Shown: positions 1 to 11,537 of the stretch, piece after piece | Layout: the number at the start of each line of letters is the position of its first letter | How positions within the stretch are numbered: position 1 is the stretch's first letter | Origin: Hydrolagus affinis | Taxonomy: Eukaryota | Assembly: GCA_012026655.1 (NCBI GenBank) | Contig: JAAILG010001142.1 | Coordinates: 1 to 64,000, forward strand | DNA: 64,000 nucleotides | Direction of reading: 5' to 3' | Made by a program: the position numbers and the translations under genes | The notes under the pieces: generated by a model | What the model was told of the DNA's origin: nothing | Database searches by the model: none | Seen by the model: the letters and a program-made list of their open reading frames with translations, nothing else

Positions 1-672
1 GATGTGCGGAGGCGCTGGCTTGAGCCAATCAGGAGGGCCTCAGTCTTGCTCACGTTCAATTGGAGGAAGTTGTCCCTCGTCCAGGACTCGATGTCGGACA
101 GACATGCTGTCAGAACATCGATGGTCTGGGGGTTGAGGGATGAGGCGGAAAGGTACAGTTGGGTGTCGTCCACATACATGTGGAAATTTACCCATGTTTG
201 CAGATGACATCGCCCAGAGGGAGCATGTAAATGGTGAAAAGGAGGGGGCCGAGGACAGAGCCCTGGGGGACACCATGAAAAACTGCGAGGGTTGAGGAGA
301 AACCGTTGGAAGATACAAAATGTAGGCGGTGGGTCAGGTAGGAATGGAAACAGTCAAGGACTGTGCCTTGAGGGTTGAGGTGGGAGGAAAGACATTGGAG
401 GAGGATGGTGTGATCGACTGTGTCGAACGCAGCAGACAGGTCAAGGAGGACGAGGAGGCAGAGGGAGCCCTGGTCGCAGGCAGTTAGGATGTCGTTTGTG
501 ACCTTAACCAGGGCAGTTTCCGTGCTGTGAGCAGGGCGGAAACCTGATTGGAGGAGTTCAAGGAGTGAGTGAGTTGAAAGGAAAGAGCGGAGCTGGGAGG
601 CAACCACTCTTTCAAGGACCTTGGATAAAAACGGGAGGTTGGAGATGGGTCGGTAGCTTGATGGCTGCGACG
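1..672 (-). mobile_element. L2-clade LINE, 5'-truncated RT fragment (family A), runs off the window start
   Basis: Minus-strand ORF with [52 protein letters not shown]; frameshift before the YxDD motif. Confidence 0.93.
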
Positions 673-3600
673 CACCAAGGGATACATTATATTCTGTGAA
701 AAGCTTTGGGATACATTCCGACCCGAAGAGCACAGGATTGAAATAAAACAAGAATAACCAGCTGGATATTCATTCTGTGGGGTATATAATAGTTTGAACA
801 TCTGTTAAATCTAGCAAGACCCAGTTTGAAACCTTCTCAGCTATCAGTTCTCTCGAGGTATGGGGAAAGTGTCAGGATTGTAATGTAGTGATATCTCCCA
901 TTTGTGTGGCATTGTTTGAGCCATACTGTCAAATCAGATGTTAAGGAATGGTTCTTTTTGGATCTTTGCCTGTGTGGTGCTTACCTCATCGTAACTCCAC
1001 AGAGCAAGTTTGTCGAAGCTGACTTGATTTGGTGTAGAGGTGGGGAAGGAAGGGAGATTGACAAACCAGTAGCAATTCCACAGATGTCTCATCAAAGACA
1101 AATCTCTGTCTATGAGCTGACTTGGTAAAGCTTTCCAATTGCAAGCGAATGCTAATGTAAGTGTGACAGTGATTTAGTGATAACAATTCACATGACAAAT
1201 CTGTGATGTTCTGAAAAGCCTTTTTGTAAAGAAAAGAAGTGTTACAATGGACTTTTAAACTGAGTATTCATTCTGCAGCAATGCCAACCCTATTTGGAGT
1301 AAGTTTCAATCATTATCATTGTGGCTGTTTCCATTGGTTTATACTTCAGAAATGATGTATCCTTAAATTGCTTGCACAATTTTAAGTTGCATATGCTTCT
1401 CATAGCTCATCTTTCTACGGGACAACCTCCCGACATGAAAGGCGCTCTACCAATGCAATTTTGTTGTTGTATTTTGTTGTTTCTAGGTGTGTAAACCTAA
1501 TGCGTTATAAAGATTAATTCAACTGTCATTTTCAGCTCATTGTGGCACATAGAAATATAACATTATTCTTATAAAGCAATTAGAAACATTTGGCCTGATT
1601 CATGGCCCTATCCTGGTAATTGGCTGACTCATCAGAATACTTCCCAGAAGTAGTTTCCAGTTCCAACACAGAGAAACACAGTCATTATATCTGTGGGAAG
1701 TGTTTTTCTTGTGTTGCTTCGTTACTCAACACATTATCAAAGCATGACTTCATCTGTGAAATGTTATACTAACCAGCAAGCTTGCATAATGTTACTTTTT
1801 GATGAGCATACTTGCAAGATTTTCTGCACGTTTTATCATAAACGGATGATAATGGCACCTGTGAGTATTTAGGTTGGAATCTCATGCAACTCATATGGAC
1901 TTGGATGGACTTTAAAGATCCCTTGGCACTATTTCAAAAGAGTAGGGAATTTTTTCCCAGTGTTCAGGCTAACAAAGCCTCAAATACAATTAGTCGTACA
2001 CTACTTGGCTGTTTGTGGGACATTGCTATGTGCAAATTGGCTGCAACGCTTGCCACAAAAACAAAGTCACTACACTTTACATTATGTTCTGTGAAAAGCT
2101 TTGGGATGTACTCCATCCTGAAGAGCACTACACCAAATGTTAGACTTAGTAAATAGTAGTAGTTGTGTGGAGGAGGGAGGGAAAACATTTATATTCTGTA
2201 CCGTTCAGCGAGCCAGTCGAGTATTTATTTGCATGCTGTGTAGGAAGTGGAAAATTGAGCGGTTTCACATAATATGGTTCGGGAGTGACATCATGTGTAG
2301 TGTCAAATTTCAATTCATGCTGCAGCACTGACAGCTGGGATGCTTTATTTCACTGTTGGGGCAGAACAGCACTCACTGCAGACTCTCTTCAAAAAGACGA
2401 GTACTTAGTAAACGCTGCAGCTTGGCTGATGTCTGGGTCTGAGTAGAAGGGGTGAATTACGGAAGACTTTGAAATCTAAATTCAGTTTTCACCTCGCTCC
2501 AGTTGCTGAAACTGAGCTCTACCGTGACTCTTAATTAATAGTGTGAGTATTATGATATCCATTTGCTGTTGCAGACTTCTTTTGGAGTAGTGTTACATTG
2601 CTGCACGTGCTGTTTTTTTTGCTAAATTACTGTGCTTTGTTCAGTGTGTTGGCTGACAATTTACTATAAATACAGTTCTGCTTCACTGTGGCATTCGGTG
2701 GTTCCTGCTTTTACTTTGGTTTCTGTTTTTAATGTGAGATTCAGTGTTTTCTGCATTAACTTTGTGATCATACTATAGCCGCAAATCTGGAAGTTAAAAT
2801 TGAGGTACCTTGAACTAGTATGTATTATTTGTAAGAAAAAGATATGTGCTTCATTTTATGTTATTTAAAGAAACAAATAATATTTATTGCATACTCACGG
2901 ATCAAAATGCTAAATGCTGGTAGAGAGAAACCTACAACCCTGGCCAGTTAAACATTGCTTCCTTCATATCGCTGCTTGCAAGAGAATTATACTTTTCAAC
3001 ATTCTGGTTAAATGTGTAAGATGTCATCTCAATTGATGAGACTGGAAAAAACTTTACTCAGACCAGAAACAGATGAGACTAAACCTGCTCCCTATGCAGT
3101 TGTCAAATTTTCTATGTGATTTGCAATCCAAAGTGCAGCTTGGTATCTACTGTGATATTTATTTAGGTTTTTGTTTGGCTTGCAGTTTCTCATGGCAAAT
3201 TGATATAAGAATAATAATAATAATCATCCTTGCATTTCACCTTATCCTGTCTTCGCAACTTCTAAAGTGCTTCACAGAATATACTGTAAATTGACTATAT
3301 TTTGTAGGTGCAACATGGTAGCCAATTACAACAGCCGAATAATTATATGTACAGAAAAACTTGCTTCCCTTGTTTGCAGGAATGCTTTCCAATGACTCTG
3401 AAGCCATAGTAGAAGCCAAATTAGACCTCATTGTAAAGCAATTGATTTTATAAAGTTCCTTGCAGTAGACTGAAAAGTGCAATAAAATGCTGAAAAATCT
3501 TGAGGCAAGTAGTTTTTAACCAATTGTAATGTGTGAACAACAACCAAATTACATTTATAGGGCGCCTTTCACGTCGGGACCTCATGTCAGGAGGACAAAG

Positions 3601-4552
3601 GTTTAAATCACAAGTGCCTGCCAACGTTGTTATCGGATTGGTCTCGCAGTCAGAAAAAAATCTATTTTTTAAAAAATGTTCTCATCCTCTTGGGGAGGCA
3701 AATTCCTCTTATTCCGTTTGTCCTGACTGCCCTTTGGCGCAGGAGGCTCACTGTTCTTCATGTGCAAGTCTAAAGAGTAATTGTTAGGCTTGGTTCACAG
3801 TTGAGCAGCTTACTATCAAAATGCAGTTCAATCCTGCCCTTACCTGACACCCACGCTTGGGCATCTTTGTGCCGGTGCAAAAAGCGTGGGTTATTTGGTT
3901 TTGTTTTTCTTCCCCCTCACATCTCGGGATTTTAGAGCCCTGCTGCCTTAAACTAAAATGAGATCAGATAACGCAGAATTGAATCTGGGACCTTCTTACT
4001 CCTCATTGCACCACACCTCGTAAATTTAATTTACTCACTAAGCCATTGGGTGATGAAGGGTGCTTTTGACTTTTTTTCAAATTAAAGTTGTAATATTTTC
4101 CGATCTGTCAGTTTCATTACGTTACAGCCAAATTATCATATTCCTCTTGATTGCCAGCATTCCCCAAGCTCCTAAAACAGCAGCCTGTTGAATTTTGGAT
4201 TACCATAAAGCCTGTAGGATCTTATGTTTTCTTCCTCCTGACAGTTATTTCAATATCACTGGCGGTTTCTGATAAACTCCCCTCTCTATATATCAAATTG
4301 CCATTTTTTGATCCAGCTGTCAATCAGTGTGTCTCGATGATATCACTTGGCACGGTTTTGCATGATTCATTCCTGAATTTCCCCTAAAATCTGGATTTGA
4401 TTGGGCTGCCCTGGAAAATAACATTTCCAACAATTCAAGGGTATGGAGTCTTAAACAATGTTGAGCAAACTGGTTTATGCTTTAAAAGATGGTGAGCATG
4501 AAAAAGTGGCAGAAGGTTGAGAGATGATGGTGAAATTAAAGTGTTTTAACCA

Positions 4553-5072
4553 CCAACAACAAAATTACATTTGTATCGTACCTTTCACGTTGGGAGGATG
4601 TCCCAAGGCACTAGAGCCAGGACCAACCCACCATTCAAAACCTTCTTCAAAACATTACTTTGATCACGGCTTTCTCCAATGCCCTTAAATTCTCTTCATG
4701 GCTTTTCAGGCCTTTCATGCCTTGGCACCGCCCTATCTTTCTGACCTACTTTCTCCCCACTCCACTGCCTGCTGAGATGCCGTTCTGTGTAGAGGGCGCT
4801 CTATAAATCCAAATCTGCCTCTCTGCATGTCCCTCTTTGACTCCAATCCAGCATTTGCAGCCACACTTTCAACACTACATCCCAAAACTTTGGAAGTCTC
4901 TCCCCCAATATCTCCACCTTGCCCTTTTTTAAATCACAACAGAAGACATTCCTCTTCCATCAGTCTTACGGTCACCTCCCTCCGGCTCAGTATCAGGCTC
5001 TGCCACTGTTAAACACTCCAAAGCTCTGCCCTACGTGAAGGGTGCTATACAAATGTAAATTATTCTTGTTGT
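4553..5072. mobile_element. Cluster of degraded L2 3' fragments in both orientations
   Basis: Tail motifs at 4553-4615 (-), about 4790-4810 and 5030-5072 (+); ggcaccgccctatctttctgacctact is LAPPYLSDLL-like. Confidence 0.6.
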
Positions 5073-8000
5073 TTCTTATTTGTGTAAAGTTCTTCAAGAT
5101 GCTCATCCTTTATGAAAGGTGCTAGTTACTTCTCCAGGTTTATCTAAATGCATCATGCAGCATTATGAATTTCTTTAACCTGGAAATTTATTATTTAAAA
5201 AACCCATTGGTCCTACGTCTGTGTCCCTCTAATTGATGGCTAATACTGTACTGAGTGCCTTCCTCCAATAATATGTTGGAGTCTTTTTAAGATTTTTTTT
5301 CCTCTGCCAATTTTCCCCCAACCCTTCCTCTTTTCAAGAGGAGGGAGATAAATAAAGATCTAATTCTCAGATTTGCTTTGGGGATGTCATGGGTAACAGC
5401 TGTGCCTTTGGTTGGAGAAGATGAGTGTTCTAATATTGGTGCCAACCAAATTCTTTCATTTGGAAAATACCAAAATATAGCATTAACACTTAACCCTAGA
5501 ATATTTCAGTGGAACACAGAGCATATTTATGTGATTTTCAGACACTTGACACGGGTCTCACAGCAGACACTGGTGAACTTCTGCTGACAAGCACCTGTTT
5601 TGTGGATCAAAGATTAAAATTGCTATTATAATCGCAGTTGTAATAATGTGATGTGTTCGAACTTCTGCTACATTTTTGGTTGACAAAGAAATGTAATTTC
5701 AGCCCCCGTGTAGTGTAATTTCAACCTCAGCCACCAACGTTCCAACAAGGGTCTAGGTCTGTGAATACAAGGCTATCCATCACTCCATAACTGTTTCTGC
5801 CAATATCCAGCACTGCAAATGAACCCTCCCATGTTTAATCTTGTGATGGTTATTAAATCTGCAATTGTTACAGTACATGATTGAAATGAACAGCAAGATC
5901 TATACAAAGACCAGCCAATATAGAAATAAGCTTGTGAAATTGGGAGTGTGACTTGAATAAATTCTGCAGCTGACTCACGCTCATGTTTGCTGCACAGTGC
6001 TCCCACACAATTTTGGCACTGACTCATGCTCTCTGCTCTGCTCCCCCACACAGAGATGTTTTTTCAGGCATTTTAAAATCTGACAGTGAGAACAAGGTAA
6101 CAGATTTTTTTTCTGAACGTTTGTGAACAATGGTAACTACAGTAGACCACTGATTTCAGCCAGCAACGGTCGTAATAAAGCTTTAATTTTCAGCCCTGTA
6201 ATGATTAGAATCGTTGTAGAGTTATGCTTCACTTGTTACTGGCTTGAGCAAAAATATAAGGGGATCTTTGTATTTGACTAAAAGAGTGATTTATTTGCCT
6301 TACAGGAGCTGTATTCTCTGTAAGGCTATGTAAGGCTTTCTCAAGTTAAAGGTATGGCTGGAATTTTCCAAAAGCATCAATTTCAGCAGCTTTGTAAGAT
6401 ATGCTGTTTATAAAATGTGACTGTGCTGTATGAAATGCATAGCCCAGCTGTTTGGCACTTCTGATTCCAAAATGGCTTATGTGAAAATGGTAGTTTAAAA
6501 AAAATCACAACAGCTTTTTAAAAAAAAAGGATTGTTTAGAGAGAGCCTAGTTATATCAAATAACTGGAGCTTTGGAGATTTTAATGATAGAAATGTCTTT
6601 GATCCATACAAATATTATCTGCAGTTAAGTTATTAATAACTCGACCTGTTGATTCAATAGAGCATGAAACAGAACTTATCCCCCCTCCAAAATGCACTTA
6701 GTCTAATGTTTTGGTTTTTTGATTTTGTGGGTTTCTTCATATTTGCATATTTTCAAGATCTAAGAACCTGCTTTAATTGTGACTTCTCTCTTTCTTTCAA
6801 ACCTCTTTCTTTGCTCTTCATTAAGATGAGCACAAGGCTATTTGAGAATAACTTCCTTCATCCTCTTAAATCTTCAAGTACATTAAAATAATTGGTATCC
6901 TATTGTAATCATGGGTGAATTATGTATGCCTGCACGTTTGACAGCTGGTTCTAATGAAGTTGCCTGTTGGCATTGCGTGCTTTGAAACTGTTCATTGATA
7001 TTTTTGATGTGAAAGCGATTTTTTTCTGAGATATTCTGTATCAGTTAAGCAGATTGTTTACCCATTTTATGATTTTTTAATGTACAAAATTTATCATGAA
7101 TAAATTAAATCTTAACATGGAATAAGGAAAACAATCCAACAGTATAATACTGTATTTGTGTGGAATTTACAGGAAATTCCTGGTGACATTCTTAAAAACA
7201 AGAATTTATACAACATTATACGTATGTTCTAAGCACTAATCACTACGTGAAGGTCACAATACTTCACAAGTTGTAGAATAGGCTTGTCTTGACATTCAGT
7301 ATGCAAATAGTTAATAAAATAGTCCAATTGTAAACTTAAGTGGCTTACTGTAAGTTTATGTAGTGAGGTTATAAAGACATAAACAGTGAAACCTTTTCTG
7401 GTTTACGTGGTCCAAACACAAATTATTATACATTGTGTCGTAGCCAGAATGTGAATAGCAATTTATGCCAGAGAATGAATTGAATTTGCCATTGCTTGGG
7501 TTACAGGTTCATGAATTCAACTTTTGTAAATCTGGTTTTTGCAGTTTATCTATAAATTCTGACTGGAATGCCCGTTTAAAATATGACATATTATATTCAG
7601 TGAGCAAGCAAACTGTTGTGATATTGCCTACGGTGCCTTAAACAGTTACGGTAATTTATTCCCAAGCACAAGAGAGTTTTCTATCAGGTATAGGGCATCA
7701 ATTTTCTTTTTGCATTCCAGGTATTAACATATTCATGTAAAGCATTTTGAGATGACACTTTAGCTCCTTGCCTCACCAACGCTCTACAATGGAATCAATC
7801 TCGTGGGTGTTAATTATTCAACACACTGGATGTGCTGGAGGGCAAACTCTTTCACCTACTCCACCCGCTCCACCCACCGTTCATTGCATTGCTTTCCCAA
7901 TCCAATAGTTGAGCTATCTTGCTGATGTCTGTGAAGCTAAGTTTGTGTAGTATTGAGCTTCTGGTGTGTGGCTTCTGACTGCCACCAAACCATTCCGCTT

Positions 8001-8149
8001 GTTGGTCAGCATGTCAAGAGAAACACTATATTTCTGAGGTTGGATTGAGAAATAAGGGAAGGATCCTCTTTTTCTGAGCCTTGTTTGAAATATATCCAGG
8101 AGAGATTGAAAATCTTTCCCATATTATCAGTATTCAAGTCATAAAGAGA

Positions 8150-8680
8150 GAGATTTTATAGATATGTGAGTTATTGAATGCAAAATTGTTTGGTATGGAA
8201 GAGAAACCCAGCTTTCTTAATGGAGCAAATGTGAGCTTCCTTTTGCATTTAGATGAGGCCGCAGATGAATAATGCTGAATATTGAAAGGAGCATTGGAAT
8301 TAAGAGGTGGTGTTTTTATTTGGCCTTGGAAGAAAAGTTGAAAGAGGAGTTTTTTCTGCCTTCCGAAGTGCATTGATGAAATCAAAGATTAGTGATTCAG
8401 CATTAAACCACGAGAGGAATGAAGATTGCATGCAATGAGATCATTAAAACTGAATCAAGTTGGTGAATGTAGAGTGGAATCATAGGAGAACAGTGGGTAG
8501 ATATGGATATTGAGTCATGGAGATCATTGATAAATGAACCTTGATCAATGAGCAGAAGAAAAAGTGGGAAAGAAAGCAAAGCATTGTGGAGCCCTTAATT
8601 TGATGGAATAAGCCATAGAATGAACCATTAATTGCAGCTCACACAAATAGATATCCAAGAAGAAACTAGGAAATACCTCC
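8150..8680 (-). mobile_element. Highly degraded non-LTR RT remnant
   Basis: Minus strand around 8510-8600 gives PT.FLL..FINDL-like residues; many indels. Confidence 0.35.
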
Positions 8681-8904
8681 ATAATAAAAAATTAAACTGT
8701 TTTTATACCATTGGGTTTTGCATATTATGAGAAAATATTTGAATTCTAAGTTGAGCTATTTCGTGAACAATTAATTCTGTTTGATTTTATAGCTGACGAT
8801 CGAATGAAACAGCTTGTGTTGTTCATGTGGGGTGAAAATCGGGGAGGAATTAAAACAACCATTGAGTGCACTGACCAGGGAGAATTAAGGATGTTGAGCA
8901 GCAT

Positions 8905-9290
8905 CAACAACAAAATTACATTTGTATAGCGCCTTTCACATGTCCCAAGGTGCTATACAGTTAATGTTTCAGACCCGAGCTGGTGTCGGAATTGGGGAGG
9001 GTGGAGGGGAGTTGGGTTGTCCAAATGGACCATCGAAGAGGAGGGTCTTGAGGCGGGATTTCAAGGAGGCCAGGGAGGGGGTGAGGTAGAGAGACTGCGG
9101 AATGGAATTCCAGAGGTTAGAGGCAGAGTGGCTGAAGCTTGCCCACTGACGGTGGGGTGGGTGGGTAGGGGGACATCGAGCAGGCCGGAGCGGGCATGTT
9201 GGAAGCGGGCATGTTGGTAGGGGGCTAGGAGTTTGCAGAGGTAGGGTGGGGCAAGGCCATGGAGGCTTTTGACGATGAGTTTTGTCAAAG
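8905..9290 (-). mobile_element. L2 3' fragment (family B)
   Basis: Minus strand KSLHGLAPPYLCKLL..; (CAA)n tail followed by aaattacatttgtatagcgcc on the + strand. Confidence 0.85.
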
Positions 9291-10648
9291 CGATGCATTT
9301 CTAACAGCATTTTGAGTGGAATGAGTAAGGGTTAGGGTTAGTGAGGTATCATAAAAAATATTGAATGTATTAATCCCTGATAGATAGTAGTGAACTGGAA
9401 GTTGGGATCTACTTGTGTAGATACAGCTGTAGGACTGAGTGCAACATGAGTTAAGTCACTATTACCCACGAGTTCCACATGACAGTGAGTATTGGATGCT
9501 GCAAAAAAAAAAAGACTATAATAAATTGGTCATTTCAATCCTTGACTGTTTGTGGGACACTGCTGTGCACAATTAGCTGCCACTTTCGCCCACAAATATA
9601 CAGTCAATTTGCTCCACCCCCCCACCCACCCTGTCCTCAGCTCGGTCTGAAGCAGTAACTGTCCAGCGGCTTGGGACGTCCTACTGACGTGAAAGGCGCT
9701 ATATAAATGTAATTTTGTTGTTGTTGTTGTTGTAGCAAGGAGAATATATTTGTGAAGTCTGTGACATAATTTGTAGGCAACAGGTATTCAAATTGTTTAT
9801 AGCCTTTCTGACGTGAAACAATAAGTTGTAGATTTTCTCTCTGGCTCAGTGCATAGGAAAATAACAAGATAAACTTGTTTGGCACCCTTCATATTGGAAA
9901 GATGTCCCAGGGCGCTGGGATAGCAGCTTGCATACCATTTTATCCATCCATAAATCATAAAAGATCCTAAACACAAAAGGCCCTCAAAACTAATCCAGTC
10001 AAGTTTACGATTGATCATCACACGCTTTTGTAACAATCATTTTACCTGTTCAGTATGTCCGGCCAATCTGTACTGTTGTTTTATGTAACCAAGCAATATG
10101 GCCTGCCCTGCAGTTGATAATGTATGAGCAATGTGATGAGCATGGGTGATAAAGGACTTCCTTGGTATCAGGACCTGCATAAGATATAATAATAATATAG
10201 TATTGTGAGCTGACGGGAAGAAGGAAATAATCTTGTTTTTAAACTATTTTAAGAGAGTCATTCTGCTGTGGTAAGGGGTTGTCTCAAGACCATGCTTTTA
10301 GTCATCCTTCCCCTTCCCACCACCTTGGTTCCCACTTGCACTTGCACTCCCACTCCCACTTGGGTTCTCAGCCCAGCCTACATCATTCTGAAGTGAAAGG
10401 CTGCATATAAATCTAAAATTGCATTGCAAGTTGTATTGGATCAATCCGGTTGATGCCAGGTCATAAATATTAATACATCAATAGCACATTGAGGAGGATA
10501 TGTCAGTGATAATAAATAATCCTTGCATTTGGTATCAAAGCCTTTAAACACTGAGGTATCAAAGTGCTTCACAAAGTTTTCTGATGAAATATGGTGATTG
10601 TATTTGAGGTATTAAATTGGTTGAGATTCTAGAATTCTCCACGCCAGC

Positions 10649-10706
10649 CGCTCGCTCGCTCGCTCGCTCACTCACTCACTCACTCACTCACTCACTCACT
10701 CACTCA
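10649..10706. repeat. Compound microsatellite (CGCT)n(CACT)n
   Basis: Read directly. Confidence 0.95.
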
Positions 10707-11081
10707 ATGCTTTCAAAACCTTTCGAAAAACAAGTCTCTTCAACTGCGGCTTTGGTGAACTCCATCCTAATTTTCTTTCTCCTCACCCCCCCCCCCCCCC
10801 CTTTCCCATCTTGCTCAGGTTACAACTTCATCTGTATGCAGGAGTTGATATGTTATTACCCCACATGACAGATACTATGGAAAGCACCTTGTTTTCAAAT
10901 TACAGATGTGTTTCACGTTAGGGTTGTCTCAAAGTTCGAGGTAGTCACAAATGTCTTTCTTTGACTTTGTCTCATTGTACCTTTGCCACAGGTCAGGCCA
11001 AACAATTAAAAAAAATTTAGTACATTTGCATAGTATCTGTTTCTTTGTCCTATTCCTTTTTATTAAAAGTGTAAAAAATAG

Positions 11082-11373
11082 TTGTTTCTCAGTGGTTAGA
11101 GCACTCGCCTTTCAAGACCTGGGTTCAATTCCAGGCAGGGTGAAACCTTAGGCAAGTTTCCTTACTCCACACACCTGATAATAATTCCTCAAAAAAAATT
11201 GGTCATTTCAATCTACAACTGTTTGTGGGACACTGCTATGCACAATTGTATGCCGTGTTTTGCCCACTTTTTTTTTTTTACAGATAATTCACTTCACAGT
11301 ATATTCTGTGAAGCTCTTTGAAGCGTCTAGAAGACGTGAAAAGCGCTATATCAAATGCAAGGATTATTATTAT
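11082..11373 (+). mobile_element. tRNA-derived SINE with Deu-like core and L2-type tail
   Basis: A-box-like ctcagtgg, B-box ggttcaattcc, core gtttgtgggacactgctatgcacaattg, tail gcaaggattattatt. Confidence 0.88.
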
Positions 11374-11537
11374 ATAATTGATGCAACTTGACCATTTGCT
11401 TAGCAATTAATAATGAATGGATGGTCCACTTTGTTTAAAAAGAGCGCATTGTGGGACAAGCACCATATTATACAGTAGACCTAAACTATTAACTTCCTTT
11501 AACTCTATTGGACATCCTCCTGATGTGAAAGATAGTA

